Made by a program: the position numbers and the translations under genes. The notes under the pieces are model-generated. The model saw only the letters and a list, made by a program, of their open reading frames with translations. It made no database searches and had not been told where the DNA came from. A DNA stretch of 64,000 bases from Lepidodermella squamata (taxonomy: Eukaryota > Animalia > Gastrotricha), in assembly GCA_047495785.1 (NCBI GenBank), contig JBLDXI010000048.1, positions 1,116,001-1,180,000 on the forward strand. Reading direction: 5' to 3'. Each line of letters opens with the position of its first letter. Position 1 is the first letter of the stretch. Below, one piece after another: positions 11,243-23,000 of the stretch.

Positions 11243-12544
11243 ATGGCCACGGGTGGCGATGGCTTTTTCACGAGAATATTGCGTAGGCTTGGCTATGGTC
11301 GAAAAAAGCGTCGTTTCTGCGCAATTTGCGGCGATACGTGTTTCTTAGCGACCACGAAATTCCAAGATGCATTGAGACGAGATTTGTGTAGTTTACAGTG
11401 CGCCGATGGCCGGGAAGACGGTCATCCTGGTCTATTATGCTGGGTAATTGACTTCTGGGCAGAATATGATTTCAGCAAATGCGCTTTTGAGCTTCACCCT
11501 GAAACAAGAGCTGCCAAAACTTCGGTTGTCTTCTTGGAATTATTTACTGACAGCTGCGTAGAGTTTACAGACGAAGAACAAAAGAAGAGACGATCGGTGT
11601 CTTTCACGTTTTATGCAGAAATTACTCTTGCGAATCTTGAAAAGAAGCAAAAACAAACGCTCATTGTATTTCTTGCATGGCTTCTGCTGGAAAGCAACGA
11701 TTTCGAAAGGCTGAAAGTTCATCTCGCAAAATATGGCTCTCGTATTCCAAAATGTTTGCTAATGGAAATGAGCTTGGACGCTACATTCAAAGACAGTGAT
11801 CTCCTCCCTGATTGGACGAACTTTCAAGCTTTCGTCGATTGTGGAGCTTTTTCCCTGAAGAAGTTATCGTTGTCGAAAAGACGAAAAAGCAAAAAATTTG
11901 TTGAAATGGTTGAATTTTTGGCGGAATTCATTGAAAATTGTTGCAAGTGGGCTGAAATGAATCCTCAACATAAGCTGGCATTTACGAAAATTTCCATAAT
12001 TTTGGGCAATTTGATTCCGAAGATTGACAAAAGCATCATTGCAGAGATCTCTCCATCGTTAATGCTACGAGCGTTTTCTATTGGCATTTTGGCACAGTGT
12101 GACAATCTATTCGCTGATCTCGTCGCTGCCACGAGGTGTTATGAGGACGGAGATTTACTTCTCGAAGCTCTTAAACGCCAGCGAAAATGGACTTTTCTCC
12201 GTTTGTTGCAAGGCGGCTGTCCTATTTCTTGTCAGCCACACTTCCAATACTCCGAATAGTTTCTGCCCTTTTTTCATTACAGTCCTTTCTTTGTCACGGC
12301 TTGTACGTTGCTTCTTCCAATATCAGAAATAACTTCTCAAAATTTGATGTATGTAACTGTTGAGCGTGGAATGCCGTTGAATTTGTTATCGTTTTGCAGA
12401 CGGGCGATACTTGATCGTCTTCCGAAAGGCTGGTGTGCTCGGAAGAACACGATCGATCAGCTGGGCTTGCCTTCAGTTCTGGCTGATTTTCTCATGTTGC
12501 AAGATATTGATGAATTCCTGGAAAACTGCAACGCAACTTTATAA
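11243..12544 (+). pseudogene. CxxC/SOCS-box family member 6 with one in-frame TAG
   Basis: tcc gaa TAG ttt ctg (stop at 12257-12259) corresponds to tcc gaa TAC ttt ctg in gene 8. The frame then continues intact through the SOCS box to 12544. Confidence 0.8.
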
Positions 12545-13507
12545 GTCATCCCAGTTATTCGCGAATTAGTATCGTCCTTGGTATTTTATATGATCTAATA
12601 TGTCTCATTTCTTTGATGGCGATGATGAGAAAATTATTCACATTGGGCTATTGTATTTTCAGAGTCATCCGAGTTTTCCACGAAATCACTCGTGTCCTTA
12701 GTATTTCATAATATTAGCTACATGAAAAATGACTGAAGTTGAGCTTTTGTTTTTTAGAGCCTACTGATGAATGGTGAATTTATGAAATTTTCTAATTTTC
12801 TCGTGTTATATGATGTGCTCAGGTGGTCGTAAATTACCCATTTCTCATTATCCTAATTTTTGTGATGAAAATCGGTTGCTAGGTTAGGTTATTGCAAATG
12901 AAGCAACAATGAATAGAACTCCCAACCCAATTTTAACTTTTTCATTCTCTGCCTGATAATAAATTATGAATTTTGAGATTGCTAGTTTGAACTTCAATAA
13001 AAAAGTAGTGTCGATTTTTCTAAGATTTTGCAAGACTTTCTAAGGTATTATCGAAAATTCGCCGAATCAAATATTCAAAACCGCGCGCAAATTTCAAAGC
13101 GAAATATGCGAGGGGCCTGGAAATGTTTAATCGAAGTCGCGAGTCATTGAGCTCAATTTGCGCGCGCGACAAATTGCGTATTAGTGTCGCGCAATTAAAC
13201 GCGCTAAGCGGAGGGCGCTCAAACCTGGCGCCCGATTACGCGCTCATTTCGCGCGTTTTCTTGGTACTCTATTGTTCATGTGCACACCAACATGCGCCTT
13301 TTCCTCATTGAGCAGCGGCCACCAACGGTTACGAAACGGTTACGCGCCCGCATTTTCGATTTTAATTAATATTGCAGAACATGGCTCTTCAATCGAGTAT
13401 CGGTTAATCTCTCCTAAATATTTTCAAATCAGTTGCACATCCTTCTCTATTACTCTAATTTGGTTTTATTCATAGAATATAGGTATTTATTGGCGATTAT
13501 TCATTTT

Positions 13508-14791
13508 ATGGCCTTGCGTGGGTCTCGTTTGTGCTCATTTTGCGGCGATACGTGCTTCTTAGCGACCAGGAAATTCAAAGATGCATTGCAACAAGATTTG
13601 TGCAGTTTACGGTCCGCCGAAGGGCACGAAGCCGATCGCCCTGGTCTATTGTGCTGGGTGTTTGATTTCTGGCCAGAGTTCGATTTCAGTACATGCCTGT
13701 TCGAGATTCACCCTGAAACAAGAGCTGCCAAAATCTCGTTTGTCTTCTTGGAACTGTTCACTGAGAGCTGCGTAGAGTTTACTAATGAACAGCAAAAGAA
13801 GAGACGATCGGAGCATTCTACGGCTTTCGCGGAATGTATTCTCGAGAAGCTTGAAAATAACCAAAAGCAAACGCTCGTTGTCTTTCTTTCATGCCTTCTG
13901 CTGGAACTCGACGATTTCGAAAGACTGAGAGTTCATCTCGCGAAGTATGGCTCTCGCCTCCCGCAATGTCTGCTGATGGAATTGAGCGTCAAAGCTATGC
14001 AGAGAAACAGTGATCTTCTCCCGGATTGGACGACCCTTCAGGCTTTTTTCGATTGTGGAACTTTTTCCCTAAAAATGTCATCCTTGGCGAAGAAACGGGA
14101 AAGCAAAAAATTTGTTGAAATGGTCGAATTTTTGACGGAATTCGTTGCATATTGTTGCAAGTGGGTCGAAATGAATCCTCAAAATCAGCTTGCATTCAAG
14201 AAAGTTTCTACAATTTTGGGCAATTTGATACCGAAGATTGACAAAAGCATCATCGCTGAGCTATCTCCATCGTTAATTCAACGTGCGCTGTTAAATGGCC
14301 TGTTTGCACAATGTGACAATCTGTTCGCCGATCTCGTCGCTGCCTCGAGGTGCTATGAGGATGAAGAGTTACTAATCGACGCTCTTATGCTCCGGCGAAA
14401 TTGGACGTTTCTCCGCTTGTTACAAGGTGGCTGTCCTGTTACTCGCCAGCCAAACTTTCAATACTCCAGCAATTTCTCGCTCTTTTTTCAATTCAGTCCT
14501 TTCTTTGTCATGGCTTGTACCTTGCTTCTTCCGATATCAGAAATAACTACTCAAAATTTGATGTATGTAACTGTTGAGCGTGGAATGCCGTTGAATTTGT
14601 TATCGTTTTGCAGACGGGCGATACTTGATCGTCTTCCGAAAGGCTGGTGTGCTCGGAAGAACACGATCGATCAGCTGGGTTTGCCTAAAATTCTGACTGA
14701 TTTTCTCATGTTATCTGATGTTGTTCAGGTCGTCGAAAACTTCCCAGAATATTTCTTAATTTCACACAGAGGTGGAAACAAGTCGGGTTGA
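13508..14791 (+). CDS. CxxC/SOCS-box family protein 7 (last residues supplied by a hAT MITE)
   Basis: ATG at 13508; LCSFCGDTC, LPQCLL, LLQGGC, NLLSFCRRAIL...LGLPKILTDFL. Confidence 0.85.
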   Translation: MALRGSRLCSFCGDTCFLATRKFKDALQQDLCSLRSAEGHEADRPGLLCWVFDFWPEFDFSTCLFEIHPETRAAKISFVFLELFTESCVEFTNEQQKKRRSEHSTAFAECILEKLENNQKQTLVVFLSCLLLELDDFERLRVHLAKYGSRLPQCLLMELSVKAMQRNSDLLPDWTTLQAFFDCGTFSLKMSSLAKKRESKKFVEMVEFLTEFVAYCCKWVEMNPQNQLAFKKVSTILGNLIPKIDKSIIAELSPSLIQRALLNGLFAQCDNLFADLVAASRCYEDEELLIDALMLRRNWTFLRLLQGGCPVTRQPNFQYSSNFSLFFQFSPFFVMACTLLLPISEITTQNLMYVTVERGMPLNLLSFCRRAILDRLPKGWCARKNTIDQLGLPKILTDFLMLSDVVQVVENFPEYFLISHRGGNKSG

Positions 14792-15199
14792 CCGACCGGT
14801 AAGTCTCCCGGTCGCCGGTTGGGTATGGGTCGACTAAATTCCAGCCGGTTGACCGGTAAATTAGAATTTTCGGCATGAAAGTCTTTAGCGAATTGAACGC
14901 GGCAGTGAGACTTCCGCGAAAGATTCTTCGTGGTAGGCGTAAAAAGGAAACTTTTATCAACGAAGTGTGGCCTGCGCTAATTCATTTTTTGAATTTGGGT
15001 GATTTCATAGTGGTTAAAAGACATTTTGAATTATAAAGAGAGCAGTTGCATAATTCAAGCTATTTTTGTTTGGGAAACTTGCTCTTGAAACCGATTGAAA
15101 GCCGGTAAAAAGCCGGTAAACCTGCGTGGGTACTTGGGTTGCCGGTGGGTGACCTGGGTGCCGGTTGGGTCGAGTTTTTCCGACCTGTTTCCACCTCTG
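14767..15199. mobile_element. Non-autonomous hAT-type MITE, 433 bp
   Basis: TIRs CAGAGGTGGAAACA(a/g)GTCGG and a perfect 8-bp TSD ATTTCACA (14759-14766, 15200-15207). An 8-bp TSD with CAG ends is typical of hAT elements. Confidence 0.9.
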
Positions 15200-15535
15200 A
15201 TTTCACATACTTCCAACTAATTTATTGTGATGAATATGGACTTTTCGACGCTTACATTATGATGAAAATGTATAACCTCTCGACCCACTCATCATTAATC
15301 TGCTTAATATAAGTGCTGTTGAATTTTGAGATTGCTAGTTTGAAATAGAATGTGAAGAAGAGCAATCGTTTTTTCTACGATTTTGCCAGAATTTCTTTGG
15401 TGTTATCGAAAATTCGCCGAGGAATCGAAGATAAAATCGAAGACATTAAACTTCTAGCTTCTTCCTTCTGGATTCATCTAATTCAGCGTCATTTATATTT
15501 AAAATAGGTATTTATTTGCGATAATTCATTTGGCA

Positions 15536-16822
15536 ATGAGTGGCTTTTTCAGGAAGGTGAAACGTAGATTTGGTTTTGGTCAAAAAGACCTCTGCTGCGC
15601 ATTTTGCGGCGATACGTGCTTCTTAGCGACCAGGAAATTCCAAGATGCATTAAGACAAGACTTGTGCAGTTTACGGTCCGCGGATGGTCCGGAAGACGAT
15701 CGCCCTGGTCTAACGTGCACGGTAATTGACTTCTGGGCAGAATTCGATTTCAGCAAATGTGCGTTCGAGATTCACCCTGAAACAAGAGCTGCCAAAATCT
15801 CGTTTTTCGCGTTGGAATTATTTACTGACAGCTGCGTAGAGTTCACAGACGAAGAACAAAAGAAGAGACGATCGGAGTTTTCTACGGCTTATGCAGAAAT
15901 TACTCTTGCGAGTCTTGAAAAGAAACAAAAACAAACGCTCATTGTTTTTCTTGCATGGCTTCTGCTGGAACTCGACGATTTCGAAAGACTGAAAGTCCAT
16001 CTCGCTAAATATAGCCCTCATCTTTCAAAATGTCTGCTAATGGAAATGAGCGTCAGAGCTATGCTGAAAAGCAGTGATGTCGTCCCGGATTGGACGACCT
16101 TTCAGGCTTTTTTTGATTGTGGAACCTTTTCTCTAATGAGTTCATCATTGTCGAAGAGGTCGAAATGCAAAAAATTCGTTGAAATGGTGAGATTGCTCAC
16201 GGAATTTTTTGATTACTGTTGCCAGTTGGGCGAATTAGTTCCCAGAAATAAGTTTCTATTCAAGAAAATCTCCACAATTTTGGGAAATTTGATACCGAAG
16301 ATTGACGAAAACATCACCGCTGAGATCTCTCCATCGTTAATTCAACGTGCGCTGTTGGCTGGCATTTTGGCACAATGTGACAATTTATTCGGCGATCTCG
16401 TCACTGCCTCGAGGTGCTATGAGGACGGAGATTTACTTCTTGAAGCTCTTAAACGCCAGCGAAAATGGACTTTTCTCAGTTTGCTGCAAGGCGGCTGCCC
16501 TATTTCTGGTCGACCACACTTCCGATACTCCGAATACTTTCTGCCCTTTTTTCATTACAGTCCTTTCTTCGTAACAGCTTGTACCTTGCTTCTTCCGATA
16601 TCCGAAATAACTTCTTGGAGGCTGATGTTTGTAACTGTTGAGCGTGGAATGCCGTTGAATTTGTTATCGTTTTGCAGACGGGCGATACTTGATCGTCTTC
16701 CGAAAGGCTGGTGTGCTCGGAAGAACACGATCGATCAGCTGGGCTTGCCTTCAGTTCTGGCTGATTTTCTGATGTTGCAAGATATTGATGAATTTCTGGA
16801 AAACTGCAACGCAATTTTATAA
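15536..16822 (+). CDS. CxxC/SOCS-box family protein 8
   Basis: ATG at 15536; CAFCGDTC; SOCS box NLLSFCRRAIL...LGLPSVLADFL. Confidence 0.85.
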   Translation: MSGFFRKVKRRFGFGQKDLCCAFCGDTCFLATRKFQDALRQDLCSLRSADGPEDDRPGLTCTVIDFWAEFDFSKCAFEIHPETRAAKISFFALELFTDSCVEFTDEEQKKRRSEFSTAYAEITLASLEKKQKQTLIVFLAWLLLELDDFERLKVHLAKYSPHLSKCLLMEMSVRAMLKSSDVVPDWTTFQAFFDCGTFSLMSSSLSKRSKCKKFVEMVRLLTEFFDYCCQLGELVPRNKFLFKKISTILGNLIPKIDENITAEISPSLIQRALLAGILAQCDNLFGDLVTASRCYEDGDLLLEALKRQRKWTFLSLLQGGCPISGRPHFRYSEYFLPFFHYSPFFVTACTLLLPISEITSWRLMFVTVERGMPLNLLSFCRRAILDRLPKGWCARKNTIDQLGLPSVLADFLMLQDIDEFLENCNAIL

Positions 16823-17183
16823 GTCATCCGAGTTTTTCACGAAATCATGTCATACTTGGTATATGATCTAATATTTCTCATTTCTTTGATGGCGATCATG
16901 AGAAAATTATTGAGATTGAGCTATTGTATTTTCAGAGTCTTTTAATGAATTGCGAGGTCTCTACACTCTTAGTAATTTATTGTAAATATCGACTGGCCGA
17001 TTCGATTCTTTCAGGACAGCTCGCTAACTCGAAAAACAACGACACCTTCATGTTCACAAATTTGTCTCATAAATGCTGTTGAATCTAAGGCTGCTTTTTG
17101 GAAAAAGAACTCTCTAGTGTCAATCCAGAATTTTTCAGGACTCATCACGATACTACGTGCTATTTATTTTTTGCTCGAATTTC

Positions 17184-17767
17184 ATGCACATTTCCAGACC
17201 CGCCTATGTTTCGTCCGCGCACGCATTCCTATTGGCTGGCTTGTGCGCAATCGGTGCCGCAGTTGCTAAAACAAGGGCAAAATATTGAATATCAATTAAT
17301 CCGTCATTATAGGGCGGACAACAGAGACAACATTTTATAAATTTGAAAAATACGATTAAATACCATGCAATTCAACTTCTTGTTTCGCCGCGCGAACAAA
17401 CCTCAAATGTGACTTGTTGAAAATATTGTCGGTTTTTACGTGAAAGTACAATTTGAGCGATTCTCCGTCGATTGATTATGGAGTTCTCGTTCAAAAAAAT
17501 TAATAGGAAATTTTAATAGTTTTCATTGCACTCAAAATTTGTTGTCAAAATAAGCGCGCCCAAATTGTGTTTCGCGCATTTTGAGTGCGCGTAAACAATT
17601 TCCCTTTAATTCTTTCGAACGAGAACTCCATATTCAATCGACGGAGAATTGCTCTGAAAACCGAAAATTTGTTCGAAAAGTTACCTTTGAAAGGAATACG
17701 GGTGATTATTTGACAAATTGGAGTGCGTGCGCGAGGACGAAACATAGGCGGGCCTAGAAATGTGCAT
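17184..17767. mobile_element. MITE with TIRs of about 45 bp
   Basis: atgcacatttccagacccgcctatgtttcgtccgcgcacgca vs tgcgtgcgcgaggacgaaacataggcgggcctagaaatgtgcat. A similar end occurs near 9612. Confidence 0.75.
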
Positions 17768-17828
17768 AATTATAAACTCGGCTCTGTTCATCCAATTTGC
17801 CTTCCAATTTTTCAATTAGGCACTTTTT

Positions 17829-19115
17829 ATGACTAATTTGGCCATGAGTGGCGATGGAATTTCCACGATAATGATACGTAGACTTTGCTTGGGGCAAAAC
17901 GGTCTTTTCTGTGCATTTTGCAGTGGTACATGTTTCTTAGCGACCAGAAAATTCCAAAAGGCACTGATTGCCGACCTGTTTGATTCTCCGGATAGTTCGT
18001 GCACCCGCCATGCTATGTGCATAATACATGATTTTACGCAGGGATACGATTTCAGCAAATGCCTGTTTGAGAATCGCCTTGAAAGCAGATCCGCTAGAAT
18101 ATCGTTTGCCGCGGTGGAATTTCTGCCCGATAGCTGCTTAGATTTTACAGACAAAGAAATAAAAGCGAGAAGATCGGAGTTTTCTGAGACTTATTCGAAA
18201 TATTTGTTGAAGAAGCTTGAAATGAAACAAACAACGCCGCTTATCGTGTTCCTTGCATGTCTCCTGCTACAGCGCAATGATTTAGAAAAGCTGGAAATTC
18301 TTCTCGATCAATTTGGCTTTCTCATTCCGAAATGTCTGCTAATGGAGTTGAGTATCCAAGCTATTTTTCAAAATGTCAATTTAGTGCCTGATTGGTCGAT
18401 CTATCGAGTTTTGTTCGAATGTGGAACTTTTTCCATAGATGAATCATCGTTGTTGAAACGGCTGAAAGGCTCGAAATTCGTTGCAATGGTCGACTTTTTG
18501 ACGGAATTCATCTATATTTGTTGTCAAATGATCGAATTTCCTCTTGATGATAAGGTTCTATTCAACAAAATGTCCACAATTTTTGGCAATTTGATACCGA
18601 AGATTGACAGGCGGCTCGTCAAAGCAATCTCTCCATCGTTGATGCGACGTGCGCTTTCTAATGGCATGTTGGCACAGTGTGACAATTTATTCGCTGACGC
18701 ATCGAGGTGCTATGAAAACGGCGAGTTACTTATCGAAGCTCTTAAACGGCAGCTGAAATGGACGTTTCTCAGCTTGCTGCAAGCTGGCTGTCCTGTCACC
18801 CGTCGGCCAAATTTTCAATATTCCGAATACTATAGGCTCTTTTATAAAGTGAATCCTTATTTTGTCACGGCTTGTACCTTGCTTCTTCCGATCTCCGAAA
18901 TAACCTCTTGGCGGCTGATGTATGTAACTAAAATGCGTGGAATGCCGTTGAATTTGTTTTCGTTCTGCAGACGGGCGATTCTTGACCGTCTTCCGAAAGG
19001 CTGGTGGGCTCGGAAAAATGCAATCGATCAGCTGGGCTTGCCTAAAATTCTGGCTGATTTTCTCATGCTGCAAGATATTGCTAAAATTCTGGAAAAGTGG
19101 CAGGCAGTTCTTTAA
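17829..19115 (+). CDS. CxxC/SOCS-box family protein 9
   Basis: FCAFCSGTC, IPKCLL, LLQAGC, NLFSFCRRAIL...LGLPKILADFL. Confidence 0.85.
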   Translation: MTNLAMSGDGISTIMIRRLCLGQNGLFCAFCSGTCFLATRKFQKALIADLFDSPDSSCTRHAMCIIHDFTQGYDFSKCLFENRLESRSARISFAAVEFLPDSCLDFTDKEIKARRSEFSETYSKYLLKKLEMKQTTPLIVFLACLLLQRNDLEKLEILLDQFGFLIPKCLLMELSIQAIFQNVNLVPDWSIYRVLFECGTFSIDESSLLKRLKGSKFVAMVDFLTEFIYICCQMIEFPLDDKVLFNKMSTIFGNLIPKIDRRLVKAISPSLMRRALSNGMLAQCDNLFADASRCYENGELLIEALKRQLKWTFLSLLQAGCPVTRRPNFQYSEYYRLFYKVNPYFVTACTLLLPISEITSWRLMYVTKMRGMPLNLFSFCRRAILDRLPKGWWARKNAIDQLGLPKILADFLMLQDIAKILEKWQAVL

Positions 19116-21339
19116 AAATGCCTGTTGTGATTTTCAAGAATTCTTGCGTATTCATTTCCCAAGCTGCGATCATGGGAGTGTTAGTGAGAATGAGCGTTTC
19201 TTAAAATCGCGTATTTTTGGATCCGATAAATGATGATGCCATTGAATCAAGATTTATTTATCGATTCATTGCTTCCTTTTTTTCAAATCATGCAAAAAAT
19301 GCATACCAACGGTACCCTCTAATTGATCAATTGTTCTAATAAATGCTATTGAATTTCAAGGTTGCTATTTTAGATGAAATTACAACACGTAACTTGTCTC
19401 AATTTTTCTAGGTATTTTTGAAAGGCGATTAAATAACAAAATCGAAGTGCAATTGACTACGCTTTTGGAACCCCGTTTTTCTTTTACATAAATCGAAAAC
19501 TAGTCATCTGGCATTTCCCTAATGTTTTCAGCTTGAATTTAATGAAAAAAAGTATTTATGAAAGTTAATGTTGTCATACATAAATATGTATGAAAGTTGG
19601 CACCCTAACAAAATTTCACCGTGGTGATCCCGAAAATCGGACTTGTATCAATTTGATTGATATCTCACGGTCAAAATACAATGGTATTTATTACCATAAA
19701 CATAAACGAAGTTTTTAAGTATTGTTCTTAAAATGCGAGAATTTCTCGGGTATTCCCAATCGATGAAAACAAGGTGGCCCGATTTTTTTTATCGCCGGTT
19801 TAACAATACGAGAGGACATGTGTGATCGACAGCTGATAAAAAATATGCTATCGCCCGACCCAATGTTCACTGGTGCGCGCGCTATATTGTTCAAACGTCG
19901 AGCGCGCATGGCATTAGTGCGCGCGCCAGTGGAAGCCGGTGAGTTTTCATAGTGCTAAATGATTACGTGCGCGCCATTGGTCGAATTCAACTGTAGGCGG
20001 GAAGCGCGCTAATGCCAGTGCGAAACAAAACATCCGGCGATATATCGCGTTCGCGCGCAAGTCTAACCACGTGCCCCGTCTCATTTGCTTGCACAACAAT
20101 TAATGTTGCGCCTTCCACGTGCTATTTCTGTCGGTATTTAATTCTTTCATTTAGTTTCGGATTAAAAGCCGCCCAATTTTTTAGAAGAGAGCAATTGTCC
20201 TCGAAAGATATTTTGTGTTGATCTAAGATGCGCCCTTCAACGCTTACGCTAATACCGCATTTGTTATTGTTTTGTCTCGCTTTGTTCGCTGAGACGCGGA
20301 ATGCGACAGTATCAACGTGGGTCACGGATAGTTTTCTTCTGTTTTAGCCTTGTTTAGGTTCGTGAAATCGCGCGCGTGATTTTGTTTGCTTTCCCTCCAA
20401 TTTGTAGAGCATGACTACAATACCGGTGATATTCACAATCCTAAATACTTAATCAAGTTTAATAAATAATATGAAACTTTTGGAGAAATTTTCCATTTTA
20501 GATTTTTCCTATCGATTTAACGTCGATATTATTGAATTTATATTGATCCACATTTGTCAGTTTTAGACGAGCATTATTAAGGTGAATAATTTGCAAACGT
20601 TTCCCGTGCATATTTTCCGCTCGTGTTGGGCCGCGCTACATCTAAAAAAAGTACGATTCACTTTTTTACCGCCATGGAAGCGATATTTCTGCGAGACATT
20701 TCCACGCTGCTTCATGTTGATTTCATGCCTGGTCTTTTTATTAGGCTTTATGCGCCAGTTTTACTGCAAGAGCTTCAACATTTTGACTTGGGTCGGGCAA
20801 TTTTACACGGATTTTTGCCACCGGACGAGCGCGTGAACAATGTTAAATCCCAGTTTTTAATTCGATATCACAGCGAACACTAAAACAAACCATGTGCGGT
20901 AAAATGTGGCTCTATCTCGAGCAAAATTGCATCTAGTGCCTCATAGCCCTGTGATAAAACGGCCGCGCCCAAGACTTGAGTTAGGAAGCGCACTGCGTCG
21001 TTTCACAGTGATACATTTGACACCTCGCGAGAGTTGTGAGTGCGGGCCGGAAAACAGACAGCGATAGAGCTCAATTCGGAAACAGGAAAGCTAAATTCTG
21101 GTTATTCTGCTTTATTTGGCTAAGCTTTTATCATCAGCGAGCGCGCCTTCATTAGTTGTCAAAGGGTGACGGCAAAATTTATATTAAAATTCTTGCGACA
21201 AAAGAAAATTGACCGTTTGTCGGTAAATACTTACTGGGGCCAGGCTAGTACTATCGCGATTTGGTCATTTCCGGGCCCTGATCGTAAACAGGCTTTTGTT
21301 TTATTTATTTAGGCGTCTTTACATTGCTAATTTTGACGT

Positions 21340-22629
21340 ATGAAAGAAGAAAGTCTCGGCGTGAAGATATTGGGCAAACTCGGTTGCAGTCAAGCTGAAC
21401 ATTTCTGCGCATTTTGCAATGGCACCTGTTTCCTAGCAAAACCGAAATTCCACTCGGCATTGAGCGACGGCGTTTTATCCTGCCTAGATCCGAGCGGTCT
21501 CTGCGTTGAAATCACGATCGATGGCGCTGAGAAATCGAATTTCCGAAAATGCCTCTTCGAAAATGTCATGCAAACCATGTCTGTGAAAGCCGATGTTCTC
21601 ATTCTCGGAGTTTATCCTCATTTTACGGAAGAAACAATACTGGCGAAAAGGGACGATTTTGCTGTGAAATTAGCGAAAGATTTGTTATTCAAAGCGATTA
21701 ATATTAACGCGCCGACTCCGATTCTTTCATTTCTCGCCTGCCTTTTTTTCAAACAAGGCGATTTTGAAATGTTGACATTTCTCCTCGCTCAAGTTGGCTG
21801 TCACCTACCGAAATGTCTACTCATGAAAATGAGCCTCCAAGCTTTGCGCAAAAAGAATGATGTTACGCCTGATTGGACTTATCAAGCTTTTTCGAATTGC
21901 GGAACTTTTTCTCTGAAGGAATCTTCTCTGGCCAAAATGCGGAAAAGTAAAAAATTCGTGGCTATGGCCAGTTTTCTTACGGAATATGTGAAATCTTGCT
22001 GCGAGGTTGTTGAAGCTAGTAGCTGTAATGCGTCCAAATTCAGAAAAATTGTTGGAATTCTGGTGGATTTGATTCCAAAAATTCATAATAATCTGATCAG
22101 CATCATGGAGTCTCTTTCCTCGCCCTCATCGCTTTCGACGCTGGTGCAACGTTTATTTTTCCATGAAATGATGCGGAAATATTACGACCTGCAGATTGAT
22201 TTTATCGATGCTGCGAAATGCTATGAAAATAAGGCGCTACTCTTTCATGTAATCAAATCCGGTCGAAATTTGACGTTTTTCCGCCTGATTCAAGCCGGTT
22301 ATTCTCTTAGTTTGAAGGACAACCGAATTTTCTATTGCCAAATATTGAAATTGGGCACCAGCAGGCTTTTCGCTGCGGCTTTCATCGAGCTGTGCCCGAC
22401 TTCTGAAGCTTTATCTATCCCGTATTTAAAGAAATTGAAGCGAGGCAATCCGTCGAGCTTGTCTTCGCTTTGCCGTCGGACGATTCTTCGCAATCTCCCG
22501 AAAGGCTTGCGACCAAGAAAGAGCGCGATTGATCGGCTCGAACTGCCGAAAATTCTAGCGGATTTTCTTATGCTGCAAGACATCGCCTGGGTCAACCCGG
22601 ATTTTCCGATTGGAATTCATAATTTATAA
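21340..22629 (+). CDS. CxxC/SOCS-box family protein 10
   Basis: FCAFCNGTC, LPKCLL, ILVDLIPKI, LIQAG, SLSSLCRRTIL...LELPKILADFL. Confidence 0.85.
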   Translation: MKEESLGVKILGKLGCSQAEHFCAFCNGTCFLAKPKFHSALSDGVLSCLDPSGLCVEITIDGAEKSNFRKCLFENVMQTMSVKADVLILGVYPHFTEETILAKRDDFAVKLAKDLLFKAININAPTPILSFLACLFFKQGDFEMLTFLLAQVGCHLPKCLLMKMSLQALRKKNDVTPDWTYQAFSNCGTFSLKESSLAKMRKSKKFVAMASFLTEYVKSCCEVVEASSCNASKFRKIVGILVDLIPKIHNNLISIMESLSSPSSLSTLVQRLFFHEMMRKYYDLQIDFIDAAKCYENKALLFHVIKSGRNLTFFRLIQAGYSLSLKDNRIFYCQILKLGTSRLFAAAFIELCPTSEALSIPYLKKLKRGNPSSLSSLCRRTILRNLPKGLRPRKSAIDRLELPKILADFLMLQDIAWVNPDFPIGIHNL

Positions 22630-23000
22630 CTACCTGGTTTTGTTGGTTCATTTGTTCTATGCCATTTCGCTGTTTTAAAATTAAAAATCGTTTTCTATGT
22701 TCCATCCAGTTCTTGGCTGCTACCGGTTCAATTGATACGTCTTGCTCGAATATTATTAGTGAAAAACTTGTTTTCTCAAATCTCTCGATACTTGTCTCTG
22801 AAATTAATGTTTTTATCGTAATTTTTTCAATTTTTTTATGACTAATTCTTGGAAAAATTGATGAATTCATTGGACTGTTTCAGCTCATCTGGAATTTGAA
22901 TCCGCGATTTTGTTACTAACAATGTAATAAAAACTAATTCGGCAGTTTTAACCTGGGTGATGTTAATGCTATATATCTTTTGGTAGATAAAAACCAAACT

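Noticed and set aside
12257-12259. Selenocysteine or pyrrolysine recoding
   Set aside because: The codon is TAG aligned to Tyr in paralogs, not TGA at a Cys position, and no SECIS is evident.
19600-21300. Short ORFs and GCGC-rich hairpins (for example 19868-19931)
   Set aside because: No protein motifs and no definable TIR/TSD pair; probably old repeat debris.
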